NCBI GenBank assembly: GCA_016185275.1
Contig: JACPNX010000015.1
Coordinates: 69,441 to 133,440, forward strand
Length of the DNA: 64,000 bases
Source: Actinomycetota bacterium
GTDB taxonomy: Bacteria > Actinomycetota > Acidimicrobiia > Acidimicrobiales > Iamiaceae
Direction of reading: 5' to 3'
Position numbers and translations under genes: made by a program. Under the pieces are notes generated by a model, which was not told the origin of the DNA, did not search any database, and saw only the letters and a program-made list of their open reading frames with translations. Below are positions 21,006-29,191 of the stretch, piece by piece (the first letter of the stretch is position 1; every line of letters begins with the position of its first letter).

Positions 21006-22651
21006 GGTGGCGTCGGGCCGGTGATGCTCGGTGGTGCGGCTCGAGGCTCGCTCTGCCGGGGCAGAACGAGCCCGACGGCCCGGGCCAGGGCGTCCACGGA
21101 GAGGCGTCCCGCCCGCACCTGCGCCCAGCGTCCCCGGAGCACGGCCTTCACGCGTGACTCGGGAAGCCGGGCCAGGCGGGTGGCGGCCTGCGCCTGACCC
21201 GGCTCCACGTACACGCCCCCGGCCACGATCAACCAGACCGCGGTCGTGCCGGCCGAGGCGGTCGCACGGCGCGCCAGGTCGGCGAGAGCCTTCGCCGTGG
21301 CGGGATGGTCCTTCGCGGCCAGCCACAGGCCGATCACCGGGCGGCTGTCCGGGGCCGAGCACATCACGACAGGCGGCTGCATCCCTTCGGCGTCGCCTTC
21401 TGTGGTGAACAGTCGCTTCCCGGGCTGCGGTGCCGGTGGCAAGCCGGCGGCCCACATCCCCACGGCCGACCGGAAGTACAGATCGCGCTCGCCGGAACCG
21501 GTCGCCTTCACCATGCCGACCCTTGCCGAGTCCTCGTGGGCGTCGCGATAGAGCGCGTCGTCGACGGCGACCAGGACCCGTGGTGGATAGGCGTCGACGG
21601 GCAACCTTGGCGGTCGCTGGTAGATCGTGAACCGACCGGCGGGGCCAGTGGACGGAGCACCGGCAAGGACCTCGCTCGCTGCAGCGAGGTAGTCGCCCGA
21701 CCAGCCCACGTAGCCGGGGTAGAGGCAGGCGCGCACCTGCCCGCGGCTCGCACAGCGCTGCGTGCCGGGCGCCCCGAGCGCGAACCGTCTGGCGCGGGCG
21801 ATGTCGGCCTGGCTGGCCGGTCGAAGTTGCAGCCCGCCCGCGGCGACGGCACCTGCAAGCGACACGGCCGCGGCCACCTGCCGCGGGCGCCGCCGACGCA
21901 CCGCCAAGAGGCATCCCAGGGCCACGGCGATGCCGGCGAGCGCCGCGCCGTGCAGGACGGTCGGGCGGCGGGCCAGTTCGATGGCATCGGCCTTCGTCGA
22001 GAAGTCGACGAAGGGCTGCAGCCACCGGCTGCGGCTGGTCCCGTCGCCGTTGAGCTGGAACGTCGCCACAGCAGCCAGGACGACCAAGGCAACCGGGGCG
22101 ACCACCGACGGCAGCCAGCGGGCCAACGCCAGACCGGCAAGACCGGACAGCCACACGAGCACCAGGCCGACCGACAGCTCCGACCAGGCCGGCGCCCCGA
22201 CCGAACCTCGGAGTACGAGCACGACCGTGAAGGCGGCTGTGGCTGCCGCGCCCAACAGGGCGGGCACGGCGGTGACCGCGGTCCAGGCGGTCCACCGGGT
22301 CCGGTCGTCGTGCGGCATCGCCGCCAGGAGCTCCTCGGTGCCCAACCGGCGGTCCCGTAGCCCCAGAAGGTTCAGAGCGAACAGCGTGGCGACGGCGAGC
22401 GGCAGGAGCGACTTGGCGACGTAGACGGAGTCGCGCTGGAGGACCGGGCTGGCGCCTCCGGTCTCCCTCCAGAACAGGACGATGGACAACAGCAGCCCGG
22501 CCAGGACCAGCGGCTGGCGCAACAACCGCGGGGCCTCGGCGACGGCCAGACCTACGACGATCCGGCGCCGGCGGCGGCGCTGGCGCCGGGCCCCGTCGTC
22601 GACCTCGCGCCATCCCGTTGGCCGCTCGGCGGGCGCTTCCGCGACGGTCAC
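20996..22651 (-). CDS. ABC-2-like membrane protein with a large additional C-terminal domain
   Basis: About 6 N-terminal TM helices followed by about 280 aa of non-hydrophobic sequence. The start overlaps the ATPase stop by 4 nt. Confidence 0.65.
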   Translation of the reverse strand: MTVAEAPAERPTGWREVDDGARRQRRRRRRIVVGLAVAEAPRLLRQPLVLAGLLLSIVLFWRETGGASPVLQRDSVYVAKSLLPLAVATLFALNLLGLRDRRLGTEELLAAMPHDDRTRWTAWTAVTAVPALLGAAATAAFTVVLVLRGSVGAPAWSELSVGLVLVWLSGLAGLALARWLPSVVAPVALVVLAAVATFQLNGDGTSRSRWLQPFVDFSTKADAIELARRPTVLHGAALAGIAVALGCLLAVRRRRPRQVAAAVSLAGAVAAGGLQLRPASQADIARARRFALGAPGTQRCASRGQVRACLYPGYVGWSGDYLAAASEVLAGAPSTGPAGRFTIYQRPPRLPVDAYPPRVLVAVDDALYRDAHEDSARVGMVKATGSGERDLYFRSAVGMWAAGLPPAPQPGKRLFTTEGDAEGMQPPVVMCSAPDSRPVIGLWLAAKDHPATAKALADLARRATASAGTTAVWLIVAGGVYVEPGQAQAATRLARLPESRVKAVLRGRWAQVRAGRLSVDALARAVGLVLPRQSEPRAAPPSITGPTPPCP

Positions 22652-23541
22652 CCGTCGCCGTCCCTGGCGAGCAGGCTCAGGTAACCATCCTCGACGTTCG
22701 GTTCGGCCGGTTCCCGCCCGTCCGGCCGCGCTCCGAGATGCCGGCTCACGTCACCGGCCAGCGCCTGCGCGAAGTCGCTTCGATCGGTCGGCGGTCCGAG
22801 CCACACCCTGCCCTCGGCCACTGCCGCGAGCTCCGCGGCCGTGCCGGTGAACCGGATCCGGCCACGGTCGAGCACCATCACCTGGTCACACAGGTGGGCG
22901 ACGTCCTCGGTCTGGTGGGTGGACACCACCAACGTGGTCCGCCGACCGAGCTCCACGAGCAGACTCCGCAAGCGGAGCCGCTGCTCCGGGTCGAGGCCGG
23001 CGAACGGCTCGTCGAGGATCAGCAGCCGAGGCTCGGCGAGGAGCGCCTGCGCGATGGCCAAGCGCCGGCGCTGGCCGCCCGACAGCGCCCGGATCTTCTT
23101 ACCGGCCGACGCCTCGAGCCCGACGATTGGCAGTACTCGCTCGATGGCCTCCCGGCGATCGTGCGTCTTGGACATCCCGCGAAGAATGGAGATGTAGTCC
23201 AAGAAGGCGGTGACCGAGAAGTGCGAATAGAAGCCCGGCTCTTGAGGAACATATCCCAGCCGGCTTCGTACGGCTTCCAAACTGTGGCTCGGATCGAGCT
23301 CGAACAGCTCGAGCGATCCTCGGTCGGGCGGCATCACCGTGGCCATGATCCGCAGGAGCGTCGTCTTTCCGGCACCGTTCGGTCCCAGGAAGCCGTAGAC
23401 GCCGGCACCCAGTGACAGGTCCACACCGGCCAGGGCCACCGTGGCTCCGAACGACTTGTACAGGTCCCTGCCGACGACGCTTCGACCGTATGTCTCGGAT
23501 CGCAGGTTCGCAGCTGTCGCCGACGGATCCACGGGGATCAC
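22648..23541 (-). CDS. ABC transporter ATP-binding protein
   Basis: Walker A GPNGAGKTTLL, signature LSGGQRRRLAIAQAL, Walker B LLILDEPFAGLD, H-loop STHQ. The GTG start overlaps the upstream TGA (GTGA). Confidence 0.9.
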   Translation of the reverse strand: MIPVDPSATAANLRSETYGRSVVGRDLYKSFGATVALAGVDLSLGAGVYGFLGPNGAGKTTLLRIMATVMPPDRGSLELFELDPSHSLEAVRSRLGYVPQEPGFYSHFSVTAFLDYISILRGMSKTHDRREAIERVLPIVGLEASAGKKIRALSGGQRRRLAIAQALLAEPRLLILDEPFAGLDPEQRLRLRSLLVELGRRTTLVVSTHQTEDVAHLCDQVMVLDRGRIRFTGTAAELAAVAEGRVWLGPPTDRSDFAQALAGDVSRHLGARPDGREPAEPNVEDGYLSLLARDGDG

Positions 23542-23918
23542 GCTACAACGACCTCAATCCGACCGGGGTTGATGTACGTTCCGGTGCAGGACGTCTTGTA
23601 GGTGTCGCCATTGGTCCCCGAGATCGGGCCGTACGCCCATTCGGGGGTGCGGTTGGTGTTGCTCGAGGCTGGAAACGTGACACCCGAGTGCGAATGCCAC
23701 CATCCACTATGGCGGTGGATCGGTTTGCAGCTGACCGTGAGCGATGCCACAGTCATGTTGCAACTACCTGAGCCACCGATGTTGTAGGCGGTGTCGCTCA
23801 GCCGAGCGATCTTCGCCACCGTCGAGCAGCTGTGACCAGCGCTTGCAGGCTGGGTACTGAACGCAAGCGCCGCAGCGGCGAGCAACAAGAGAACACCGGA
23901 CTTGCGGATGACTGTCAC
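23538..23918 (-). CDS. Small secreted Cys/His-rich protein of unknown family, atypically low GC
   Basis: Signal peptide VTVIRKSGVLLLLAAAALAFSTQPASA, then about 99 aa with 4 Cys and the cluster HRHSGWWHSHSG. GTG 23918 is preceded by GAGGGGA. Alternative in-frame starts are ATG 23975 and TTG 23999. My hand-counted GC is about 57-68% per 60 nt, against more than 70% in neighbours. Confidence 0.6.
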   Translation of the reverse strand: MTVIRKSGVLLLLAAAALAFSTQPASAGHSCSTVAKIARLSDTAYNIGGSGSCNMTVASLTVSCKPIHRHSGWWHSHSGVTFPASSNTNRTPEWAYGPISGTNGDTYKTSCTGTYINPGRIEVVVA

Positions 23919-23975
23919 ATCATTCCCCTCTCGACGGCCCAAGCCGAGCGGCCACCACCCAGCGGCGAGGAGCAT

Positions 23976-23985
23976 CCCCCCCCCC
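23976..23985 (-). repeat. Homopolymeric G10 tract (C10 on the plus strand) directly upstream of or inside the 5' end of the small secreted protein gene
   Basis: The minus strand reads ATTGACTTTTCCGCTG-GGGGGGGGGG-ATGCTCCTC. A TTGACT hexamer lies at 23994-23999 and GATGCT at 23971-23976. Confidence 0.95.
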
Positions 23986-24029
23986 AGCGGAAAAGTCAAT
24001 AGGGAGTTGCACCGGCACCGCAGCCTTCG

Positions 24030-25475
24030 TCAGTACCGGTAGTTGTCGTGCTTGTACGGACCCTGGGCCGGGATGCCGAGGTAGTCGGCCTGCTCGGTGC
24101 TCAGCTTGGTGAGCTTGACGCCGAGGGCGTCGAGGTGGAGCCGGGCCACCTGCTCGTCGAGCTGCTTGGGGAGCACGTAGACACCCAGCGGGTAGTCCGC
24201 CGTCTTGGTGAACAGCTCGAGCTGAGCGAGCACCTGGTTGGTGAAGCTCATCGACATCACGAAACTCGGGTGCCCGGTGGCGTTGCCGAGGTTCAGCAGC
24301 CGCCCTTCCGACAGCACGATGATCGAGTGGCCGTCGGGGAACACGAACTCGTCCACCTGCGGCTTGATGTTCACGTGGCGGACGTCGCTCATGCGGGCGA
24401 GGCCGGCCATGTCGATCTCGTTGTCGAAGTGCCCGATGTTGCCGACGATGGCGTTGTGCTTCATCCGGGCCATGTGCTCGGCCGAGATGATGCCCTTGTT
24501 GCCGGTGGCGGTCACGAAGATGTCCGCGCGGCCAACCACCGATTCGAGGGTGTCGACCTCGTAGCCCTCCATCACGGCCTGGAGCGCGCAGATGGGATCG
24601 ACCTCGGTGACGATCACCCGGCAGCCCTGTCCGCGCAGGGACTGCGCGCAGCCCTTGCCGACCTCGCCGTAGCCGCACACGACGGCGACCTTGCCGCCGA
24701 GCATGACGTCGGTCCCGCGGTTGATCCCGTCGATGAGGGAGTGCCGGCAGCCGTAGAGGTTGTCGAACTTGGACTTCGTGACGGAGTCGTTCACGTTGAT
24801 CGCCGGGAAGAGCAGCTGGCCCTGCTCGAACATCTGGTACAGCCGGTGGACGCCCGTCGTCGTCTCCTCGGTGACGCCCTTGATGCCGCTGGCGATGGTG
24901 GTCCAGCGGCTGGCGTCGTCCTCGAGTGAGCGCTGCAGGAGGCCGAGGACGACCTTCCACTCGTCGCTGTCGTCGTCGCCCGGCTCGGGCACCACGCCCG
25001 CCTTTTCGTACTCGACGCCCTTGTGCACGAGCAGCGTGGCGTCCCCGCCGTCGTCGAGGATCATGTTGGGCCCGCCACCGTCGGGCCAGCGCAGGGCCTG
25101 CTCGGTGCACCACCAGTACTCGTCGAGCGTCTCGCCCTTCCAGGCGTAGACGGGGACGCCGCGCGGCGCGTCGACGGTGCCGTCGGGGCCGACGGCCACG
25201 GCCGCCGCGGCGTGGTCCTGGGTGGAGAAGATGTTGCAGCTCACCCAGCGGACCTCGGCGCCGAGGGCGACGAGCGTCTCGATGAGCACCGCGGTCTGGA
25301 TGGTCATGTGCAGCGAGCCGGTGATGCGGGCGCCGGCGAGCGGCTGGGCGTCGCCGTGCTCGGCCCGCAGGGCCATGAGGCCGGGCATCTCGTGCTCGGC
25401 GAGCTCGATCTCCTTGCGGCCGAACGGGGCCTGGGACAGATCCGCGACCTTGAAGTCGCCGGGGGCGACGGGCAT
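24030..25475 (-). CDS. ahcY: Adenosylhomocysteinase
   Basis: [37 protein letters not shown]..., [17 protein letters not shown]-binding [10 protein letters not shown], and C-terminal ...PYKHDNYRY. Start at ATG 25475 after AGGAGG; 130 upstream codons rejected. Confidence 0.97.
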   Translation of the reverse strand: MPVAPGDFKVADLSQAPFGRKEIELAEHEMPGLMALRAEHGDAQPLAGARITGSLHMTIQTAVLIETLVALGAEVRWVSCNIFSTQDHAAAAVAVGPDGTVDAPRGVPVYAWKGETLDEYWWCTEQALRWPDGGGPNMILDDGGDATLLVHKGVEYEKAGVVPEPGDDDSDEWKVVLGLLQRSLEDDASRWTTIASGIKGVTEETTTGVHRLYQMFEQGQLLFPAINVNDSVTKSKFDNLYGCRHSLIDGINRGTDVMLGGKVAVVCGYGEVGKGCAQSLRGQGCRVIVTEVDPICALQAVMEGYEVDTLESVVGRADIFVTATGNKGIISAEHMARMKHNAIVGNIGHFDNEIDMAGLARMSDVRHVNIKPQVDEFVFPDGHSIIVLSEGRLLNLGNATGHPSFVMSMSFTNQVLAQLELFTKTADYPLGVYVLPKQLDEQVARLHLDALGVKLTKLSTEQADYLGIPAQGPYKHDNYRY

Positions 25476-25637
25476 GGGTGGGCACCTCCTGCGCGCACGG
25501 GCGCGCCTTCGGGAAACGGTCGGTTTCGGGGCTGGGGCCTGCTGGCCCACCCAGATCAGCCCGGGCCGGCCGCCACGCGACCGGTGGGCCAGCGTAGTCG
25601 CGCACCGTCGCGCACCGCCGCGTGACACCGCCTCTTC

Positions 25638-25672
25638 GGGTCTTTGGCAGCGCCTGGCGCCGCCAAAGACCC
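25638..25672 (-). other. Strong 16-bp stem-loop in the ahcY 5' leader / divergent intergenic region
   Basis: Minus-strand RNA GGGUCUUUGGCGGCGC-CAG-GCGCUGCCAAAGACCC (one G-U pair), about 165 nt upstream of the ahcY ATG. A second hairpin, gcgcgc-ccgt-gcgcgc, abuts the AGGAGG. Confidence 0.4.
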
Positions 25673-25756
25673 AAAGTCGAGATGACCATGACACCGGCGC
25701 GCTCTCGCCCCTGACCGGCCTCGGGCCCGCGCCACGACCACCGGTATGGTCGCCCG

Positions 25757-26215
25757 ATGGCCCAGGTGCTCGCCCCCGACCCGACCTCGTTCGCGCCCCT
25801 CGCCCCCGAGCGCCTGGAGCGCTGGTCCGCCTTCCCCGACATGGGCCAGCCGATGTTCGGCTCACTGATCGGCCTGGTGCTCGAGGAGGTGCGCGAGGAC
25901 TACGCCCGGATGCGGCTGCCGTGGCGACCGGAGCTGACCCAACCGGCCGGTGTGATGCACGGTGGTGCGATCTCCACGCTGATCGACACGGTCGTCGTAC
26001 CGGCGATCGCGGGCGCCTACGACGACCGGCCGGTGATGCTGACGCTCAACCTCGACGTGTCGTTCCTCGGCGCCGTCCGCGACGAGGACGCCGTCGCCGA
26101 AGGCTGGATCACCCGCCGGGGGCGGTCCGTGGTGTTCTGCGAGGCGCTGGTGCGCACGGCATCGGGCGCGCCCGCGGCGCGCGGGTCGCTCGTCTACTCG
26201 ATCCGCGTGCCGTAG
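25757..26215 (+). CDS. PaaI/hotdog-fold acyl-CoA thioesterase
   Basis: ...[21 protein letters not shown]...[11 protein letters not shown]... is the typical PaaI-family core. 152 aa. Confidence 0.8.
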   Translation: MAQVLAPDPTSFAPLAPERLERWSAFPDMGQPMFGSLIGLVLEEVREDYARMRLPWRPELTQPAGVMHGGAISTLIDTVVVPAIAGAYDDRPVMLTLNLDVSFLGAVRDEDAVAEGWITRRGRSVVFCEALVRTASGAPAARGSLVYSIRVP

Positions 26216-26314
26216 CGCGACGCGGCCGTTGCCGTCGGGGCCGGCCTACCGATCGCGGCCGAGCCTCGTCCTGAGCGTCGGTCCGAGCGTCGGCCGCCCG
26301 AGCGTCAGCCCGGT

Positions 26315-27427
26315 CTACGGCCGCGACTCGGCTTCCGCGCCGGCCTCGACGCCGACGCCGGTTCCGGCCTCGATTCCGGCCTCGGTGCCTGCCTCGGGTT
26401 CGGACAAGGCGAACTCGATGTCGTCGATCGCCGGCACCGGACCCGGGTCGATCCCCTCCTGCGCGGCCAGCTCCAGGCTCACCAGGTCACCGAACAGGAC
26501 GAGGTCGAGCAACTGGGCGAGCGGTCCCTCGCCCTCCGCTCGGACGACGTGGCGGTCGGCGACGACCTCGTCGAGCGCCTCCGCCAGGAGTGCGAAGCGG
26601 CGATCCTCCTGCGGGTGCTCGAGGTCGTGGCGCAGCAGCACCAGCGAGAAGACCTGGCGGGTGACGTCGCCGTGCTGGCCCCACCCGCTCACCTCGTCGT
26701 GGCACACCTGGGGAACGGCGCCGGCGAAGGCGGGGACCTTCGCGTTCTCGTTGCACTGCGCCTTCCAGCGGGCGGCCGCCACCGCGCCGATGGCCGACGC
26801 TCCGTACACGATCGGCAGGGTCCGCCCGATCCGCCGGGCGAGGTCGCGGGCGGGACCGCCGCCGGCGAGCTGGTCGCGGCGGCGCTCGAGCTGGGCGACG
26901 GCGTGGGCCGCCCACCCGTGCGCGCCGGGGAACAGGCCCATGCGCTCGAGGGCGACGAGCGGTGGCACGGCCAGGGCGCCGATGGCGGCCCGGGCCGTCG
27001 GCAGGCCGGCCGGCACCTCGACCCGCGCCGCCCCCCATTCGCCGGCCAGGGCACCGAGCCGGCCGCCGCGCGTCACCACCATGAGGTGCGCCCCGGCCAG
27101 CTGGGCCTCCTGCGCCGCCTCGATGGTCTCCTCCGTGTCCCCCGAGAAGGAGACCGCGATGGCGAGGGTGTCCTGGGCGACGAACGACGGTGCGTCGTAG
27201 CCCTCGGCCACCACCACGGGAACCGGGACGAACTCCTGCGCGAGGGCGGCGACGATGCGCCCGGCCAGCCCGCTCGCCCCGACGCCGAACACACAGATGT
27301 TGGCGATCTCCTCGCCCTCGGGCAGGCCGCGGATGGCGGCGCCGGCCTCCACCGCCGCCTCCACCTGCTCGGGCAGCCCGAGGGCGGCGGCGCGCATGCC
27401 GAGCGAGTCCAGGTTCGCGGGGAGCAC
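26315..27427 (-). CDS. Bifunctional phosphoglucose/phosphomannose isomerase (SIS domain)
   Basis: SIS motifs (VFGVGASGLAG..., AIAVSFSGDTEETI), C-terminal PGI/PMI block (KAQCNENAKVPAF...PQVCHDEVSGW), and a low-complexity (EAG)n tail. Its neighbourhood with manB is typical of actinobacteria. Confidence 0.8.
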   Translation of the reverse strand: MLPANLDSLGMRAAALGLPEQVEAAVEAGAAIRGLPEGEEIANICVFGVGASGLAGRIVAALAQEFVPVPVVVAEGYDAPSFVAQDTLAIAVSFSGDTEETIEAAQEAQLAGAHLMVVTRGGRLGALAGEWGAARVEVPAGLPTARAAIGALAVPPLVALERMGLFPGAHGWAAHAVAQLERRRDQLAGGGPARDLARRIGRTLPIVYGASAIGAVAAARWKAQCNENAKVPAFAGAVPQVCHDEVSGWGQHGDVTRQVFSLVLLRHDLEHPQEDRRFALLAEALDEVVADRHVVRAEGEGPLAQLLDLVLFGDLVSLELAAQEGIDPGPVPAIDDIEFALSEPEAGTEAGIEAGTGVGVEAGAEAESRP

Positions 27428-27440
27428 GGCTCAGGCCTCC

Positions 27441-27482
27441 GCGACTGCGACTGCGACCGCGACGGCGACTGCGCCTGCGGCG
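27441..27482. repeat. Hexanucleotide microsatellite (GCGACN)x7 in the Trm112-PGI/PMI spacer
   Basis: gcgact gcgact gcgacc gcgacg gcgact gcgcct gcggcg. Confidence 0.8.
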
Positions 27483-27540
27483 GCCCGCGCCGATGCTGCG
27501 ACCACGACGTGGCCGCGGGGGGAGGGCGGCCGGAGGCGGG

Positions 27541-27780
27541 TCACGAGGCGTCGAACGTGGGCGCGATCCCCTCCGCCTCGGCTTTGGCGGTGAGGCGGTC
27601 GTGCTCGGCGTCGTCGACGGTCTCGGCCTCGTCGACGAGCATGACCGGGATGCCGTCGTCGATGCGGTAGCTGCGCTTGAGCCGCGGGTTGTACAGGCGC
27701 TGCTCGTCCTCGAAGTACAGCAGCGGGCCCTTGTCTTCGGGGCAGGCCAGGATCTCGAGCAGGGTGGGGTCGAGCGCCAT
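27541..27780 (-). CDS. Trm112-family small zinc-ribbon-like protein
   Basis: LLEILACPEDKGPLLYFEDEQRLYNPRLKRSYRIDDGIPVMLVDEA is the canonical Trm112/DUF343 pattern. 79 aa. Confidence 0.8.
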   Translation of the reverse strand: MALDPTLLEILACPEDKGPLLYFEDEQRLYNPRLKRSYRIDDGIPVMLVDEAETVDDAEHDRLTAKAEAEGIAPTFDAS

Positions 27781-27827
27781 CGGGTTCCTCCGGCGGATCG
27801 GGCGGCGACAGCCGCGATGATGCGGCG

Positions 27828-29177
27828 TCAGCCGCGGATGAGAGCGAGGACCTCAGCGACCCGGGCGTCGCACTCTTCGCGCGCCGGCGCCTCGAGGTTG
27901 AGTCGCAGCAGGGGTTCGGTGTTGGAGGGTCGGAGGTTGAACCACCAGTGGCCGAGGTCGACGGTGAGGCCGTCGAGCCGGTCCTGGTCGCCGTCGGGGT
28001 ACGCGCCGGAGACCCGCTCGATCACGGCCCGAGGATCGTCGACCGCGGTGTTGATCTCACCGGACATGGCGTAGCGCTCGAACGGTGTGCGCAGCTGCGA
28101 GAGCGGCCGGCCGGCCCGGCTCATCTGCTCCAGGACGTGCATCGAGGCGATGAGGCCCGAGTCGGCCCGCCAGTTGTCGCGGAAGTAGTAGTGGGCCGAG
28201 TGCTCACCGCCGAACGCGGCGCCCGTCTCGGCCATCACCTGCTTGATGAACGAGTGCCCGACCCGCGTGCGCACCGGCGTGCCGCCCTTCTCCCGGACGA
28301 TCTCCGGCACGGCCTTGGAGCAGATCAGGTTGTGCAGGATCGTCGCCCCCGGCTCCTTGTCGAGCACGCCGCTCGCGACCATGGCCGTGGTGGTGGAGCC
28401 GGCGACCGGCTCGCCCTGCTCGTCGACGAGGAACACGCGGTCGGCGTCGCCGTCGAAGGCGAGACCCACGTCGGCGCCGACCTCGACCACGCGCCGCCTG
28501 AGGTCCGCGAGGTTCTCGACCTGGATCGGGTCGGCCGGGTGGTTGGGGAAGGTGCCGTCGAGCTCGCCGTAGATCACTTCGAGATCGAACGGAAGGGCGT
28601 CGAACACGGCCGGGACCACGAGGCCGCCCATGCCGTTGGCCGTGTCGGCCACGACCTTGAGCGGTCGCAGGACGCCGAGATCGATGAAGGATCGGACGTG
28701 CTCGGCGAATGCGTCCAGCAGCTCGGCCCGCTCCACCGACCCGGCCGGCTCGGCGGCAGGCGGCGGGTCGAGGACCAACGCCTTGATGCGCTCGAGCCCC
28801 GTGTCCTGGCCGACGGCACGAGCACCGGCCAGGCAGAACTTGATGCCGTTGTACCGCGCCGGGTTGTGCGAGGCGGTGAACATGGCCGCGGGCGCCGCGA
28901 GGTGACCGGACGCGAAGTACACGAGGTCGGTGGAGCACAGTCCGAGATCGACCACGTCGAGCCCCTGGCTCGTGACCCCGGCGGCGAACGCGGCCGCGAA
29001 CTCGACGCCCGAGGTGCGCATGTCGCGTCCCACCAGGACGCGGGTCGTGGCCGGGTCCTCGTCCCGGGCGAAGCGGGCGAAGCCGGCGCCGATGGCGTGG
29101 CACAGGGGGGCGTCGAGCTGGTCCGGCACGGTGCCCCGGACGTCGTAGGCCTTGAAGATGGCGTCGAGCGGTCCCAT
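27828..29177 (-). CDS. manB: Phosphomannomutase/phosphoglucomutase
   Basis: FKAYDVRG, phosphoserine loop TASHNPARYNGIKF, metal loop FDGDADR, sugar loop GGEHSAHYYF. Start ATG 29177; 446 upstream codons rejected. Confidence 0.9.
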   Translation of the reverse strand: MGPLDAIFKAYDVRGTVPDQLDAPLCHAIGAGFARFARDEDPATTRVLVGRDMRTSGVEFAAAFAAGVTSQGLDVVDLGLCSTDLVYFASGHLAAPAAMFTASHNPARYNGIKFCLAGARAVGQDTGLERIKALVLDPPPAAEPAGSVERAELLDAFAEHVRSFIDLGVLRPLKVVADTANGMGGLVVPAVFDALPFDLEVIYGELDGTFPNHPADPIQVENLADLRRRVVEVGADVGLAFDGDADRVFLVDEQGEPVAGSTTTAMVASGVLDKEPGATILHNLICSKAVPEIVREKGGTPVRTRVGHSFIKQVMAETGAAFGGEHSAHYYFRDNWRADSGLIASMHVLEQMSRAGRPLSQLRTPFERYAMSGEINTAVDDPRAVIERVSGAYPDGDQDRLDGLTVDLGHWWFNLRPSNTEPLLRLNLEAPAREECDARVAEVLALIRG

Positions 29178-29191
29178 GTCGGCGACGGACC

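Noticed and set aside
23538-23918. Assigning the small secreted protein to lactococcin 972, SMPI/I36 inhibitor or beta/gamma-crystallin killer-toxin-like families.
   Set aside because: None of the remembered signature strings of these families is visible. Only the operon layout resembles Lcn972 loci, so I left the family as unknown.
18549-24029. A mobile genetic element (integrase, transposase, tRNA att site) accounting for the low-GC gene and the variable block.
   Set aside because: There is no integrase or transposase-like ORF, no tRNA gene, and no obvious flanking direct or inverted repeats around 23.5-24.0 kb. Foreign origin is inferred from composition only.
24030-25865. Long N-terminal extensions given by the longest-ORF rule. 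Examples: AhcY 611 aa, ManB 895 aa, DUF5719 1143 aa, ComF 484 aa, RF2 487 aa, FtsE 274 aa, SpoIID 546 aa, desaturase 481 aa, and the GT4 genes of 822 and 827 aa.
   Set aside because: The extensions are Arg/Pro/Gly-rich, overlap upstream genes, and precede internal starts with good Shine-Dalgarno sequences that restore canonical family lengths.
27441-27482. The hexanucleotide (GCGACN)x7 microsatellite as a regulatory element.
   Set aside because: It is recorded as a repeat only. It is short and GC-rich in a GC-rich genome, and I see no dyad or promoter-like feature attached to it.
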